Shown: positions 48,525 through 58,868, counted from the stretch's first letter. The stretch is DNA of 64,000 bases from Candidatus Altiarchaeota archaeon (GCA_043800705.1 JAZDMS010000024.1:1-64000); one strand, 5' to 3'. Made by a program: numbers and translations. Notes: generated by a model not told the origin, from the letters alone.

Positions 48525-49715
48525 ATGGTCAAACTAACCAAGAACCTCGACGGAATCGTGCCCGACCCGGTCCGTTACTGGCTGAAGGTCGGAAAGGATG
48601 CTGGAGCCACCAACAACCTCACCATAGGCGTGCCGGACCCGATGCCGAAAGAGAGCCTCGAAGCATTCGCAAAGGCGCAGTATGATGCCGAACTCAAGGG
48701 AGCCACAGGGTATCCGAACTTCGACGGCGAAGAGACTATGAAGAAGGCCATACTCTCTGTCGAAGCCAACTTCGGCGCCAAGATGACCGACGAAGACCTT
48801 TCGAGAATCTATGTCACCATCGGCGCATCACAGGCGCTGCAGTTCGTGTTCTCCCTTTTCCCGTCAGGCTCTGAACTCATCGTCACGACACCCTGTTGGG
48901 GGACGATACACAACATGGCAGCCCACAGCGGAGTGAAAGGGGTGCCAGCAGCCCTCTTCGAGAAGGGGAAATTCATCCCCGAGAACGCGAAGAATGCAGT
49001 CTCGAAAAAGTCCGCCGCAGTGTACATCAACTTCCCCGCCAACCCGACGGGGGAGATCGTACCCGAAGCGGAGCTTCGGAAAATGTGCGACTGGGCAGTC
49101 TCAGCCGACCTGCAGATCATCACCGACGAACCGTACAAGTACCTCATATTCAACCAGAGGAAGACACCATACACGTCGCCGATAAACTTCAGCGAGGATG
49201 TGGCGGCCAAGACCAACCTGATATCGTCCTTCTCGAAGATAGTGAAGCCCGACATCCGCATCGGATACGTAAGGCTGTCTCCGGAGATACTCGCAGCAGA
49301 CGACATGGTCGGTTTCTACTTCAGGAACCTCAGCGCAGGAGCCCCCAGGGGCGTGCAGGCGGGGGTTTCAGCCCTCGTCGAAAAGGACCCGACACTCAGG
49401 TTTTTGAGGCCCATAGTCGACGGATACAGGAAGAAGAGCGAAATCGCCGCCAAATACATGACAGAATGGGGATGTAAGCTGCCTTATATGCCGGCTGCGA
49501 CCTACATGATGTTCCCGACGACCCCGCACGGCGAAGACGGCGAAGAGTTCGTCAGGAAGACGGCAGTGGAGAAGAAGACAGCATTCATCCCAGGCACAAG
49601 CTTCGGAGGAGGATTCAAAGGCTTCGAGCCACTGAAAAAACACTTCCGCATCGGATACGGGGCGGGGATGAGCCCGGAAAAGCTAGAGGAAGTCATGGCT
49701 GGGCTGATACGCTAG
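48525..49715 (+). CDS. Class I/II PLP-dependent aminotransferase
   Basis: GASQAL, NFPANPTG, TDEPY, SSFSK...IRIGY. Confidence 0.9.
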   Translation: MVKLTKNLDGIVPDPVRYWLKVGKDAGATNNLTIGVPDPMPKESLEAFAKAQYDAELKGATGYPNFDGEETMKKAILSVEANFGAKMTDEDLSRIYVTIGASQALQFVFSLFPSGSELIVTTPCWGTIHNMAAHSGVKGVPAALFEKGKFIPENAKNAVSKKSAAVYINFPANPTGEIVPEAELRKMCDWAVSADLQIITDEPYKYLIFNQRKTPYTSPINFSEDVAAKTNLISSFSKIVKPDIRIGYVRLSPEILAADDMVGFYFRNLSAGAPRGVQAGVSALVEKDPTLRFLRPIVDGYRKKSEIAAKYMTEWGCKLPYMPAATYMMFPTTPHGEDGEEFVRKTAVEKKTAFIPGTSFGGGFKGFEPLKKHFRIGYGAGMSPEKLEEVMAGLIR

Positions 49716-51127
49716 GAGCGGCCCAGACGATTCGGCCAATAAGTATAACACTCTGATGCGGGCAGATTCATCCCTTCTGATTCGCCGTCAGGAAAGCCCT
49801 TATCTTTCTTCGAAAAGAGGACGTATCCACCCCCTGAATAGTGGACATCGTATCCGGCCAAGTTGGAATAAGCGGACGAAGTTGAAACATAGAGCGCGTC
49901 TTCCTCGGTTAAGTCGTCTTTTGGGAATCGTTCAATCCCAAGATAGAACACATTCGCCGGACTCGTAGAGACGGAATTATGCACCCGGACATTACCGCCA
50001 GACACTTGGTTCAATTCGTAAAGTGGGCCGTTGCAGTTGAATGGGCCTGGAACTTCAAACGATAAAAAAAAGACGGCCGCAAACACCAAAATACCAACCC
50101 ATAACTCCTTAAAAACAAGACGTTCTAGGAGGATCGCAGCCAAAATCGCCAGCGGGGGATAGATGGGGATGAGAAGCCAGGGGATTTTCGTTCTCGCAGC
50201 CAAAAATACAGCAAGGAAGACAGCCCCCCAAGCCACAGTAAGCAGCGTCTCCGGCTGCCTCCAGCGGCCGCACAAAAGGACATATCCTACGCCTGCAACA
50301 CAAAATACCCCCCAATTCCCCAAACCATGCCACAAGACATTCAACAGGTAGATGTTACCATGATCGTGGCCTTCGATCGGTATGACCATCCGTTCGACCG
50401 TATAGTGGTATATGTAACGCCCAAGGAAGAGGTCGGTATTCACTGCCAGCTGGACCAGGTGCCAGGGAAACACAACGATTGCGAATGCCAAAAAAACAGT
50501 CAGATACTCCTTTAGGGTAGACCGATTGAAGCCTTTTATCCGACCCATATAGACGCACATGACAGCCAGCGCCAAAACGCCCAATGGAGCCTTTATCATC
50601 GTCGCAAGCCCTATCATCAGACCTGAAAGCGGCCTCAAAGACCCGTTCCTTCGCGAAGACACGAGGAAATAAAAAGAGGAAGCGATGAAAAAGGTCAAAG
50701 GGACGTCCAACATGAGCTTTCTGGATTCCTCCAGGAAGTGGGGGCAAGAGACTAGGATCATCGACGCCATAAAGGCGATTTTATCGTTGAACATTTCCAA
50801 TCCCAAAAGGAAGACCACCAGAACGGTCCCAAAACCGAAGATGGCCGTCCAGAACCTGGACGTGAACGTGCTGATGCCAAAAATCCCATAAGTCAAGGAA
50901 ACGAGGTGGAAGAAAAAAGGGGGTTTGGCGGCCAGATAAGGGAAGCCTTTGAAATGGGGGGTCACCCAGTCGCCTGTTAAAAGAGTCTCCTTGGAGATTT
51001 CGCCGTAAAGGGCCTCATCCCAGTCGGCGAGGCTGCCCCTATCAAGGCCGCTAAACATGACAAATGCGGAGATAACAGCCAATACAGAAAACTCCAATAG
51101 GATGACACGTTTTCCTGGCCAGATCAT
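49712..51127 (-). CDS. ArnT/PMT-like (GT-C) glycosyltransferase
   Basis: DWDEALY, GDWVTP, KPP, SRKLMLD, K.PW...P; many TM helices. Confidence 0.88.
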   Translation of the reverse strand: MIWPGKRVILLEFSVLAVISAFVMFSGLDRGSLADWDEALYGEISKETLLTGDWVTPHFKGFPYLAAKPPFFFHLVSLTYGIFGISTFTSRFWTAIFGFGTVLVVFLLGLEMFNDKIAFMASMILVSCPHFLEESRKLMLDVPLTFFIASSFYFLVSSRRNGSLRPLSGLMIGLATMIKAPLGVLALAVMCVYMGRIKGFNRSTLKEYLTVFLAFAIVVFPWHLVQLAVNTDLFLGRYIYHYTVERMVIPIEGHDHGNIYLLNVLWHGLGNWGVFCVAGVGYVLLCGRWRQPETLLTVAWGAVFLAVFLAARTKIPWLLIPIYPPLAILAAILLERLVFKELWVGILVFAAVFFLSFEVPGPFNCNGPLYELNQVSGGNVRVHNSVSTSPANVFYLGIERFPKDDLTEEDALYVSTSSAYSNLAGYDVHYSGGGYVLFSKKDKGFPDGESEGMNLPASECYTYWPNRLGRS

Positions 51128-51198
51128 ATAAACTCTTTCGCCGAGGTCGTAAAAAAATAGGGGGAACGTTTTTATTCCGGGATTCTTAATGCCTTCCT

Positions 51199-52320
51199 AT
51201 GGATTATTCCAGACCTGTCCCCGGAAAGCTCATGTTTGAGGCGCTGAAGAACGAGAGATGCATAGTGATGGCGTGCAACATACGCATCGGCCACAGCGTC
51301 CGCGGCATCATGATGGCGGCCAAGGAGATTGACGCCGCAGTCCTCTTCGAGATCGCCAAGAGCGAGATAAAATACACGGGCCAAAACCCCAGGACGTTCG
51401 TCGACAACATACTCAAGATCGCAAAGGAGCTGAAGTTCAGCCAGCCGTACGTCATCCACGGAGACCACATAGGAGTCAAGAGCCCCGATCCCAAGGACGT
51501 AGAATCGGCGGCGACCCTTATCAGGGACGAGATCGCGGCGGGATTCACCTCCTTCGCCATCGACGCGAGCCACAATTTCAACGCCGCGGCGCCAACGGTC
51601 CGGGAGCAGCTCAAAGACAACATCGAGATCACGACGAAGCTCTGCGGCCTCATACCCAAGGACGCCAGCCTCGAGGTCGAAGTCGGAGAAGTCGGCAAAA
51701 CCGACCCAACTACCGGGGAAAAGGCCATAACGACCGTCGAGGAGGCGGTCACATACATAAAAGCGATCAACGAGAACGGCTACAAGCCGGACCTCCTGGC
51801 CACGAACAACGGAACCAGCCATGGCAACATCTTCGACAAGAACGGGAAGCCAATTCCAAAGAGCATCAACGTCGAAAGGACAGGCGAGATAGCGAAGGCC
51901 ATAAAGCCTTATGGCGTCAGGATAGCGCAGCATGGCATCACAGGCACGCCCCTGGAGTACATGCCAAGGCTCATCGAAGCGGGGATAGCCAAGGGCAACG
52001 TCGGCACGAACTGGCAGAACATAGCGGTCGCGGCGATGCCAAAGGACCTCGCCAAGCGGATGGAGGACTGGACCCTGAGCTGCGAGGAGAGCGCCAAGAT
52101 GAGAGCCAAAAAGCCGGGCTGCAAGGACTCGGAGCTGATTGGAAAGAACATCAAGAACGCGATCGTAGTGTTCAAATCGGAGATCGACGCCATCAAAGGC
52201 GACGACCTCAGACGCATAGACGAGGCGACAAAAAAGGGGGCGCTGGAATTCTTCGGCGCATTCAACGCCAAAGGCACGGCCTCGAAGGTGAGGGCGCACA
52301 TAGAATCCAAAGGCCTATGA
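51199..52320 (+). CDS. fba: Class II fructose-bisphosphate aldolase
   Basis: HGDH, GFTSFAIDASH, EVEVGEVG, NGTSHG, QHGITG, KGNVGT. Confidence 0.92.
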   Translation: MDYSRPVPGKLMFEALKNERCIVMACNIRIGHSVRGIMMAAKEIDAAVLFEIAKSEIKYTGQNPRTFVDNILKIAKELKFSQPYVIHGDHIGVKSPDPKDVESAATLIRDEIAAGFTSFAIDASHNFNAAAPTVREQLKDNIEITTKLCGLIPKDASLEVEVGEVGKTDPTTGEKAITTVEEAVTYIKAINENGYKPDLLATNNGTSHGNIFDKNGKPIPKSINVERTGEIAKAIKPYGVRIAQHGITGTPLEYMPRLIEAGIAKGNVGTNWQNIAVAAMPKDLAKRMEDWTLSCEESAKMRAKKPGCKDSELIGKNIKNAIVVFKSEIDAIKGDDLRRIDEATKKGALEFFGAFNAKGTASKVRAHIESKGL

Positions 52321-52937
52321 CCTGTCTGACCCTCGCCATCCTGGACAAGGTCGACGACATGCTCAGGAAGAGGCTGGATGATGCCAAAAACCTCAAAGAC
52401 CATCTCATCGACAAGGCAGGGGCGGACTACCTACTTGCCACAACGGAAAGGAGGATTGAGTTCGAAGGGGTCAAACCAGTCCAGATCGACTTCCAGGAGC
52501 GGCAGGAGGAGGAGTTCGTCGCCCTCATAGCGGAAAAACCCGTCGACTTCGGGATAAGCGCCTACAGGATATACGCGGACCCGTTCAACACGCCGAGCCT
52601 CGTCGACGACGAGCGGATCGGCGACGGATTCATCGTGAAGGCAGGGAGATTATACGACATGCCCGAGGACAGCCTCAGGCTTCTTCGGGCGATCAGGAAA
52701 GGGGCAAAGACGGAGGCGGTCTTCCGGCGGGATGGAGAGGAGTCCGCATCCATGGACGACGCAGCGTTCCTCGCAAGGTGCGGGCCGTACCACCCGACTA
52801 GGCAGGAGATCCTCGCCCCATTCCAGGCGAAGGGGGGAAAAACAGTGAAACTTCACGTCCTGTCGATCGGCGTCAAAAACGGCAAAATAACCATCGACAA
52901 CACCTTCAAGCCGAAAACTCTGAAACTAAAGGCCTAA
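52317..52937 (+). CDS. Orphan hypothetical protein translationally coupled to fba
   Basis: ATGA overlap with the fba stop; host-like codon usage. Confidence 0.65.
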   Translation: MTCLTLAILDKVDDMLRKRLDDAKNLKDHLIDKAGADYLLATTERRIEFEGVKPVQIDFQERQEEEFVALIAEKPVDFGISAYRIYADPFNTPSLVDDERIGDGFIVKAGRLYDMPEDSLRLLRAIRKGAKTEAVFRRDGEESASMDDAAFLARCGPYHPTRQEILAPFQAKGGKTVKLHVLSIGVKNGKITIDNTFKPKTLKLKA

Positions 52938-54364
52938 GAGCATCGCAGTATCGTGTAATTCCCGAGAAATGGCTCATCGAACTGCTTCACAGCCTTGCAC
53001 CTTTGCATAAGAAAGCTTCTGACCTCCGGGATGTTGGTAACGCCCTGGGGAGGAGGCGACACGATCACTGTCTTCATGGGGGACTGCTCAAGCCTGCCAA
53101 GGAATTCCCGGATGTCCGTCGTGCCCGAAAACCGCTGGATGTTGGTATCCGCCTCGTCCAACGCGATCCTCCGACCCGCCAAAAGAGCGATAAGCGGAGC
53201 GCTCATCGAATCCCCGAACACTTCGTCGCCGGGTCCCGTTTTTGAATTTATGTAGTCAGCCATCGGATCTGCGGTCACGAAAGAGTAGTAGGATTCGTGG
53301 ACATAGTACGCCAACACCGCCCATGAGGACATGATCACGATGAGCCCGACGACGATCCTGAAAAGGCCCTTATCCCCCGTAGAATCGATCCAGGAGCCCA
53401 ACACCCTGGCCGAGACTGCAGCGGCAAACGGCGCAACAAGCAGGAAGTAGTGGTCGAATATCGTGTTCATGAGGCTGAAGAAAACCGCGAAGCACGCGAC
53501 CGACAGAACCAGCAATACCGAGAGGTCATCGACCAAAGGCTTTCGCATGATCAGCGGAATCCCCAACAGCGGAAGGAACAAGAGAGGGTTTGATTTGACG
53601 ACATCGAGGAAGGTCGCCAGATTATGCCCCTCGAAAACAGGCTTATGAAAATGATAGAGATAGACGCCGTCCAGGTACGGCTGGCCGATCAAGACGTAGA
53701 GGAGGACGTTGAAGGATGCGAATACGATGATGAATCCGCCCAACAGGGGGGCTGCGAAGCCCGCGACATCCCTCCTGCGCAGCAAAAAGAAAATGACATA
53801 TGCGCCTGCCAACGCCGCGGAATAGAGGCCGGACATGCATGCCACACCGACCAGCAGGCCGGATTGGAGATATCTGCCCTTCCAGAACATGTAAAGGCTC
53901 CAGGACATGAACAACACAGCCAGGTCCGAACCCATCGGATGGGAGGATACGCGCAAACCGACGTACGAGAAGAGGAAAGTCGCCGAAGCGATGATGGCAG
54001 TCGTCCGGCCGAAGGCCTCAAGGACCGTCAGGAACAGAAAGACCGATGCTCCCGCGACCGAAAGGATCGCGACAGACTTGAGGATTACCAGGTTGAACCC
54101 GAAAACGCCGAAGATGAGGCCGTTGACCATTATGCCGAGTGGCGGGTGGCTGAAGAAGAAATCCCTGTAGGGCACCCTGCCCTCCGAGATAAGCTTGCCG
54201 AAATAGAAGAGGTTGTTCTCGTCGGATATGGCATAATTGAAGGCGAGGGTCTTCAGGCCGAGGAAGAGAAAAAGCAACAGCAAAAAAGGCGTCCAAATGC
54301 TCCCTTGCAGGAATCCTTTCCTTTCCGAGCCTTTTTTTGGCTTTTTCACGCCCTTCGAAACCAT
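52934..54364 (-). CDS. GT-C fold membrane glycosyltransferase
   Basis: SDENN, G.VPYRDFFFSHPP, FDHYF; many TM helices. Confidence 0.85.
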   Translation of the reverse strand: MVSKGVKKPKKGSERKGFLQGSIWTPFLLLLFLFLGLKTLAFNYAISDENNLFYFGKLISEGRVPYRDFFFSHPPLGIMVNGLIFGVFGFNLVILKSVAILSVAGASVFLFLTVLEAFGRTTAIIASATFLFSYVGLRVSSHPMGSDLAVLFMSWSLYMFWKGRYLQSGLLVGVACMSGLYSAALAGAYVIFFLLRRRDVAGFAAPLLGGFIIVFASFNVLLYVLIGQPYLDGVYLYHFHKPVFEGHNLATFLDVVKSNPLLFLPLLGIPLIMRKPLVDDLSVLLVLSVACFAVFFSLMNTIFDHYFLLVAPFAAAVSARVLGSWIDSTGDKGLFRIVVGLIVIMSSWAVLAYYVHESYYSFVTADPMADYINSKTGPGDEVFGDSMSAPLIALLAGRRIALDEADTNIQRFSGTTDIREFLGRLEQSPMKTVIVSPPPQGVTNIPEVRSFLMQRCKAVKQFDEPFLGNYTILRCS

Positions 54365-54431
54365 GCCTTATACTATCCAAAATCGGCAATAAATACGGAT
54401 TTTTAACCTCGGTTGCCATATTGTGTAAGTT

Positions 54432-55121
54432 ATGAAGTTTCATTTAGCATGTCTTCTTGTTCTTGCGGTTTTTGTCGGAGGATGCCTCGGCGACGACCAG
54501 ACTCCGGCAAACCAGAACGGCGCCTCATCCACGACATTGACGGCCCATCAGGAGACTACGACCACCTCGGACGGCCCGCCGACGACTATCGACATCGAAG
54601 AGGAGGAGATCCCGACCACCACGACCATAAGGATCCCATTTAACATGACAAACTGCCAGAAAGAGGCGAATGCGACGATACGGGATGCGTGCTTCTTCGA
54701 TGCCGCAGGCCGCGAAAAGGACATCTCGATATGCGCAAAGATCGACTCCAAGAACACAAGGCTGAAGTGCCAGGCAAGGCTTGAGGACGATTCAGCCTAT
54801 TGCGACGATGTCGACGTGCAGGTCGAGAAGGACTTCTGTTACAGGATGATGGCCTTCAAATGGAACAAGCTAAACTACTGCAAGGGCATATTCTACGCCC
54901 AGATCAGGGACAAATGCGTCCTAGACTACGTAAGGGACAAAAAACCAGACCCATACGAATGCTTCCAGATAGTCGACTCGGCGATGAGGGACGAGTGCAT
55001 CTACTACCACGTCGACCTGTATGACAGGACCGGCGCGGGCATCAAGCCGACCCTCTGCAACCTCCTGAACAACGAGACCATGGAGCTGAAGTGCAACGAG
55101 ACGTACCTTAAAGGCTATTGA
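54432..55121 (+). CDS. Cys-repeat lipoprotein
   Basis: Lipobox VGGC; Thr-rich linker; repeated C..I......D.C motifs. Confidence 0.8.
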   Translation: MKFHLACLLVLAVFVGGCLGDDQTPANQNGASSTTLTAHQETTTTSDGPPTTIDIEEEEIPTTTTIRIPFNMTNCQKEANATIRDACFFDAAGREKDISICAKIDSKNTRLKCQARLEDDSAYCDDVDVQVEKDFCYRMMAFKWNKLNYCKGIFYAQIRDKCVLDYVRDKKPDPYECFQIVDSAMRDECIYYHVDLYDRTGAGIKPTLCNLLNNETMELKCNETYLKGY

Positions 55122-55178
55122 ACACTTTTCCAAAGGACTAGCCTTTTTATTAACGCCGAAACCGGCAAAATGGATTAG

Positions 55179-56303
55179 GTGAATGTTTCGGAAAAAATCA
55201 GGATACTCGGCGCGGCAGGCAAATGGGACGTCTGCGCGAGTTCAGCATCGACGAGGAAGCCCGCAGGCACTGACAGGATCGGGAACCTCGCCGCAGGCGG
55301 CATATGCCACAGCTTCACCGACGGCGGCCGATGCGTCTCCCTGTTCAAGACCCTCCTCACCAACGACTGCAGCTTCGACTGCAAATACTGCCAAAACAGC
55401 ACCCACTGCAGGAAACACGCCGCGGAATACGAGCCGCACGAGCTTGCGAAGGTCTTCATGAGCCTATACCTCGGAAACTACGTCGAGGGGTTGTTTCTCT
55501 CCTCCGGCGTCTGCCGGGACCCGGACTCGACGACAGAGAAGATGCTCGACGCCGTGAGGCTCCTTCGCCAAGAACACAGGTTCCAGGGATACATCCACTT
55601 CAAAGTCCTGCCCGGAACCGACAAAGACCTCATAAGACAGGCAAGCGAATGCGCAGACCGCCTCTCCATCAACATCGAAGCCCCAAGCAGCAGCAGGCTT
55701 TCCGAGATGACGGACGTCAAGGACTACGACGCGGACATAATACGCAGACAGAAGTGGATGAGGGATATGAGGATACCTTCGGGCCAGACGACCCAGATAG
55801 TCGTCGGCACAAGCGACGAAACCGACCAGGAGATACTCGAAGCCGCAAGATGGGAATACTCGGAGATGCGGCTGAAAAGGGTCTACTACAGCGCCTTCCA
55901 GCCGCTGGAGAAGACGCCCCTGGAAGCCAGGGACAAGACCCCGCTTGAGAGGGAACACCGCCTGTACTGCGTCGACTTCATGATGAGGAAATACGGCATA
56001 CCCTACGAGGAATTCAGGGACATACTCCAAGACGGCAACCTCCCCGAAGGAGACCCGAAAGTCCACCTCGCAAGACAGGCATTGGACGGACCCGTCGACG
56101 TGAACGCAGCACCATACGAGGACCTCATCAGGGTACCGGGCATCGGCCCCCAAAGCGCCAGGAGGATAATAGAGCTGCGACAGGCTAAAGCTACGATAAA
56201 CCGAAGCAGGCTGAACAGCATCGGAGTCGTCCTGAAAAGGGCAGACCCGTTCATCAAGGTTGCAGGAAATATGCAAACAACAATGGGGGAATACGTCACA
56301 TGA
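55179..56303 (+). CDS. Putative DNA modification/repair radical SAM protein (TIGR03916-like) with HhH
   Basis: GICHSFT.GGRCVSL.K, CSFDCKYC, GQTTQ, RVYYSAF, REHRLY, RVPGIG. Confidence 0.92.
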   Translation: MNVSEKIRILGAAGKWDVCASSASTRKPAGTDRIGNLAAGGICHSFTDGGRCVSLFKTLLTNDCSFDCKYCQNSTHCRKHAAEYEPHELAKVFMSLYLGNYVEGLFLSSGVCRDPDSTTEKMLDAVRLLRQEHRFQGYIHFKVLPGTDKDLIRQASECADRLSINIEAPSSSRLSEMTDVKDYDADIIRRQKWMRDMRIPSGQTTQIVVGTSDETDQEILEAARWEYSEMRLKRVYYSAFQPLEKTPLEARDKTPLEREHRLYCVDFMMRKYGIPYEEFRDILQDGNLPEGDPKVHLARQALDGPVDVNAAPYEDLIRVPGIGPQSARRIIELRQAKATINRSRLNSIGVVLKRADPFIKVAGNMQTTMGEYVT

Positions 56304-56881
56304 GCCACAATGCCGGATTCGGCCTCGTCAAAAGGCACAGGGATTATGATATGAGGCTGCACGATACGGTCCTCATGCAGGACCCAACCCTCGTCAAAAA
56401 CTGCGCGACACCCGAGTCCAAAAGGCTCTACCGCATGCAAAGGGAGGTAAGCAGATGCCTCCATGCAAAGAAAGGATTCCTCAGGCTGAAACGCTCCCCC
56501 CATGGCATATTATACGCCCGCACAGAACTCGAACACGACCTTGCAGACCTGCTCCTTTCGCACTTCCACCACAGATACCCCACATACCACATAGCACTCG
56601 AACACCGGAGGATGACATATATCGCCGCCCCCGGAGGAAAAAAGACAGTGACCGATGAATCCCTCGAAGAGGCAGTCCTAAGGCTCGAAGCCAGCCTGCC
56701 CAGGGAAGACTCCGGCCGCACCGATGAGACCCTCTGGAGACAGTACTACGACAGCCAGATGTCGAAGGAACGCAGGAACCTCCGGCTAATGGACAAGATG
56801 ATGCCCCGCAGGTACAGGGACAAGGACTCATACGAGAACAAGGCGGAAACATTCAGCCGCAGCCTCGTCGACTACGCCTAA
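56300..56881 (+). CDS. TIGR03915/DUF4130-like DNA repair partner protein
   Basis: V.R..H.KKGFLR, HF..RYP, ETLWRQYY, ERRNLRLM...MPRRY; ATGA overlap with the radical SAM gene. Confidence 0.85.
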   Translation: MSHNAGFGLVKRHRDYDMRLHDTVLMQDPTLVKNCATPESKRLYRMQREVSRCLHAKKGFLRLKRSPHGILYARTELEHDLADLLLSHFHHRYPTYHIALEHRRMTYIAAPGGKKTVTDESLEEAVLRLEASLPREDSGRTDETLWRQYYDSQMSKERRNLRLMDKMMPRRYRDKDSYENKAETFSRSLVDYA

Positions 56882-57816
56882 AGCCTGCCGAAGCCGAAAA
56901 CCCTCGGTGGCTTAAGCCCCGGATCGAGGAAAACGACGCGCCCGCCCAAAATCGGGGTCTCCTTCTCCAAAGAAAGCTTCAGCCTACCCGTCTTGCCCTT
57001 CTCGACAGAACCCGACACGACCTTGGCAGGCACATAGTTCAGGCAGGAATTCACGCTGAACTGGTCGCCGACGCCAAGCGGCCGCGGAGCATACTTGGAC
57101 AAGACTGCGTCGATCTCAAGCTCCCTCACGACTGGGACGGAACCGTCCACAGACAAGATACAACCCCGGGGAACATCCTCTGGCCTGATGTCCTTCAGAG
57201 CCACGCCGACCCTTAGGCCGGTACCGGCCTCTTCCATGTCGACGTCATGGACCTGCAGCGACTTCATCGACACCTTCAGCTTATGCGGGAGGATAAGCAG
57301 ATTGTCGTGGCGTTTGAGCACGCCCTGTTTGACGACGCCCAAAGCGACTGTCCCGACGCCCTTCACGGGAAAGGAGTGATCTACCTGGACGACTGCGGGG
57401 CCCTCATTCTTGCACTCCAGCTGGGCGAGCCTCTCCTTCACCACCATCGACTGATCCTCCAAGACCTCATACGAGCCCGCGACTGTGCCTTCAAGGAGAG
57501 ACTTGAGCGCTCCCGCATTGACGGACCCCCCGTAGACTATGTAGCCTTTGCCTACCCCCACCATATCCAATGCTACCACCGACTCCGCCAGCGACGCATC
57601 CAACGCATCTATCCTCAAAAGAGCCTGATCGGCCATGTTCAAAGAAGACAGAAGAGACTGGACCTTGTCGGGGTAAGACGACGGCTCCACAAATGACAGG
57701 ACCGCGTCCCCGACCTTGGAATTATACAAGGTCACGTCGCTGACAGTACCCTTCTTCCCCAATTGACCGCCCAAATCCCGCCCCAACACCGCGGTGACAT
57801 TGCCCCGAAAAGCCAT
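56878..57816 (-). CDS. Archaeal SelB-like/EF-Tu domain-II protein (SelBL paralog)
   Basis: LGKKGT.SD.T.Y, YPDK, VDHSFPVKGVGTVALG, SLQVHD, G.RVG.AL; G motifs degenerate. Confidence 0.85.
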   Translation of the reverse strand: MAFRGNVTAVLGRDLGGQLGKKGTVSDVTLYNSKVGDAVLSFVEPSSYPDKVQSLLSSLNMADQALLRIDALDASLAESVVALDMVGVGKGYIVYGGSVNAGALKSLLEGTVAGSYEVLEDQSMVVKERLAQLECKNEGPAVVQVDHSFPVKGVGTVALGVVKQGVLKRHDNLLILPHKLKVSMKSLQVHDVDMEEAGTGLRVGVALKDIRPEDVPRGCILSVDGSVPVVRELEIDAVLSKYAPRPLGVGDQFSVNSCLNYVPAKVVSGSVEKGKTGRLKLSLEKETPILGGRVVFLDPGLKPPRVFGFGRL

Positions 57817-57855
57817 AGAAAATACTGTGAAAACGGGAATATATGCGTGCAGATG

Positions 57856-58485
57856 CTAATCCGCAGCCCTCACCGCCTCGACCATCCTCTTGAACGCCGC
57901 GTAATCGTCGGACAGGTCCAACGCCAAAGAACCGTCCACCTCAAAAAGCCTGCAGCTCACCCGCGGAAACTTCACAAACTTCGCAGAGACCACGACCAGG
58001 CCGTATTTGTCCAGGAGGCATCCGGGATCCACCTCGTCGAATACGTAATCCAGGTCGCATCCCCGGCCGCCGAAAAGCTGCGGCAGGAGAAAATCCACGA
58101 TAAAAAGCCTCACAACCCCGTCCGAGGAGAACCTGACGCCGACCGCCTGATGCGCGCACCCCATCAGGGAATCGCAGAACTTCCCCCCGAACAGGGCCCT
58201 CACCCTCGAAGGCTCCCGCTCCCCGACGGCCAATGCGACCAGCCGCCTTACCTGATCCGGGTCAAGACCCGAACCGCCGACGTGAACCAACGGCAACACC
58301 TCGGCGTTGAACCCCGACTCCCGAAGGAACCGCGCCACCATCGAAGAGGCAGCCCAACAACAGAGAGGATAACCCAACCTAGGATCCGACGAAAGGACCC
58401 TGTGCAGAGGCGCCCGCATATCCTCCAAAAAGGACCTAAGAAACGACACATCGGCCCCTACATCAGAATCCACCATAGCCCCCAT
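57856..58485 (-). CDS. Hypothetical protein with a transglutaminase-like Cys-His-Asp pattern
   Basis: CCWAAS.MV..FL...G, AHQAV, IVDF..PQ. Confidence 0.5.
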   Translation of the reverse strand: MGAMVDSDVGADVSFLRSFLEDMRAPLHRVLSSDPRLGYPLCCWAASSMVARFLRESGFNAEVLPLVHVGGSGLDPDQVRRLVALAVGEREPSRVRALFGGKFCDSLMGCAHQAVGVRFSSDGVVRLFIVDFLLPQLFGGRGCDLDYVFDEVDPGCLLDKYGLVVVSAKFVKFPRVSCRLFEVDGSLALDLSDDYAAFKRMVEAVRAAD

Positions 58486-58635
58486 ATGCTAAAACAGCCC
58501 ATTTGAGGGAGTCTGTGGCCTCTACCAACCCCTCAGAGGAGCGAGTTTCATCCTCGAATCCCATGCACTTATATTCGAAAAAAACACTAATATAGACCAC
58601 AAAAACCGCAAAAAACCCTGCAATAAGAAGTAGAT

Positions 58636-58779
58636 CAATCCGGTCCCATGGCTCAGGCTGGTTCGAGACGCAGCCCTTTTCTTTACGAAAGAAAAGCGCT
58701 GGCGGAAAAGAAAAACTAACGAGTCATCGGAAAACATGCACCCCCAGGACAGGAGGGGAAGAAAACAAAAAAACACACA
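58636..58779. mobile_element. Duplicate of the tRNA-Ile 5' end followed by a hairpin module
   Basis: CAATCCGGTCCCATGGCTCAGGCTGGTT (58636) vs CAATACGGTCCCATGGCTCAGGTTGGTT (58780), 26/28; then GCAGCCCTTTTCTTT-ACG-AAAGAAAAGCGCTGGCGGAAAAG. Confidence 0.6.
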
Positions 58780-58785
58780 CAATAC

Positions 58786-58860
58786 GGTCCCATGGCTCAG
58801 GTTGGTTAGAGCGTCCGACTGATAATCGGAAGGTCTCGAGTTCAAATCTCGATGGGACCA
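58786..58860 (+). tRNA. tRNA-Ile(GAT)
   Basis: GGTCCCA/TGGGACC acceptor stem, TCCGA-CTGATAA-TCGGA anticodon arm, TCGAG-TTCAAAT-CTCGA T arm. Confidence 0.96.
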
Positions 58861-58868
58861 TTAGAGCC

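Noticed and set aside
56878-57816. Selenocysteine machinery
   Set aside because: This is the SelB-like paralog with degenerate G motifs; no in-frame TGA selenoprotein or tRNA-Sec was seen.
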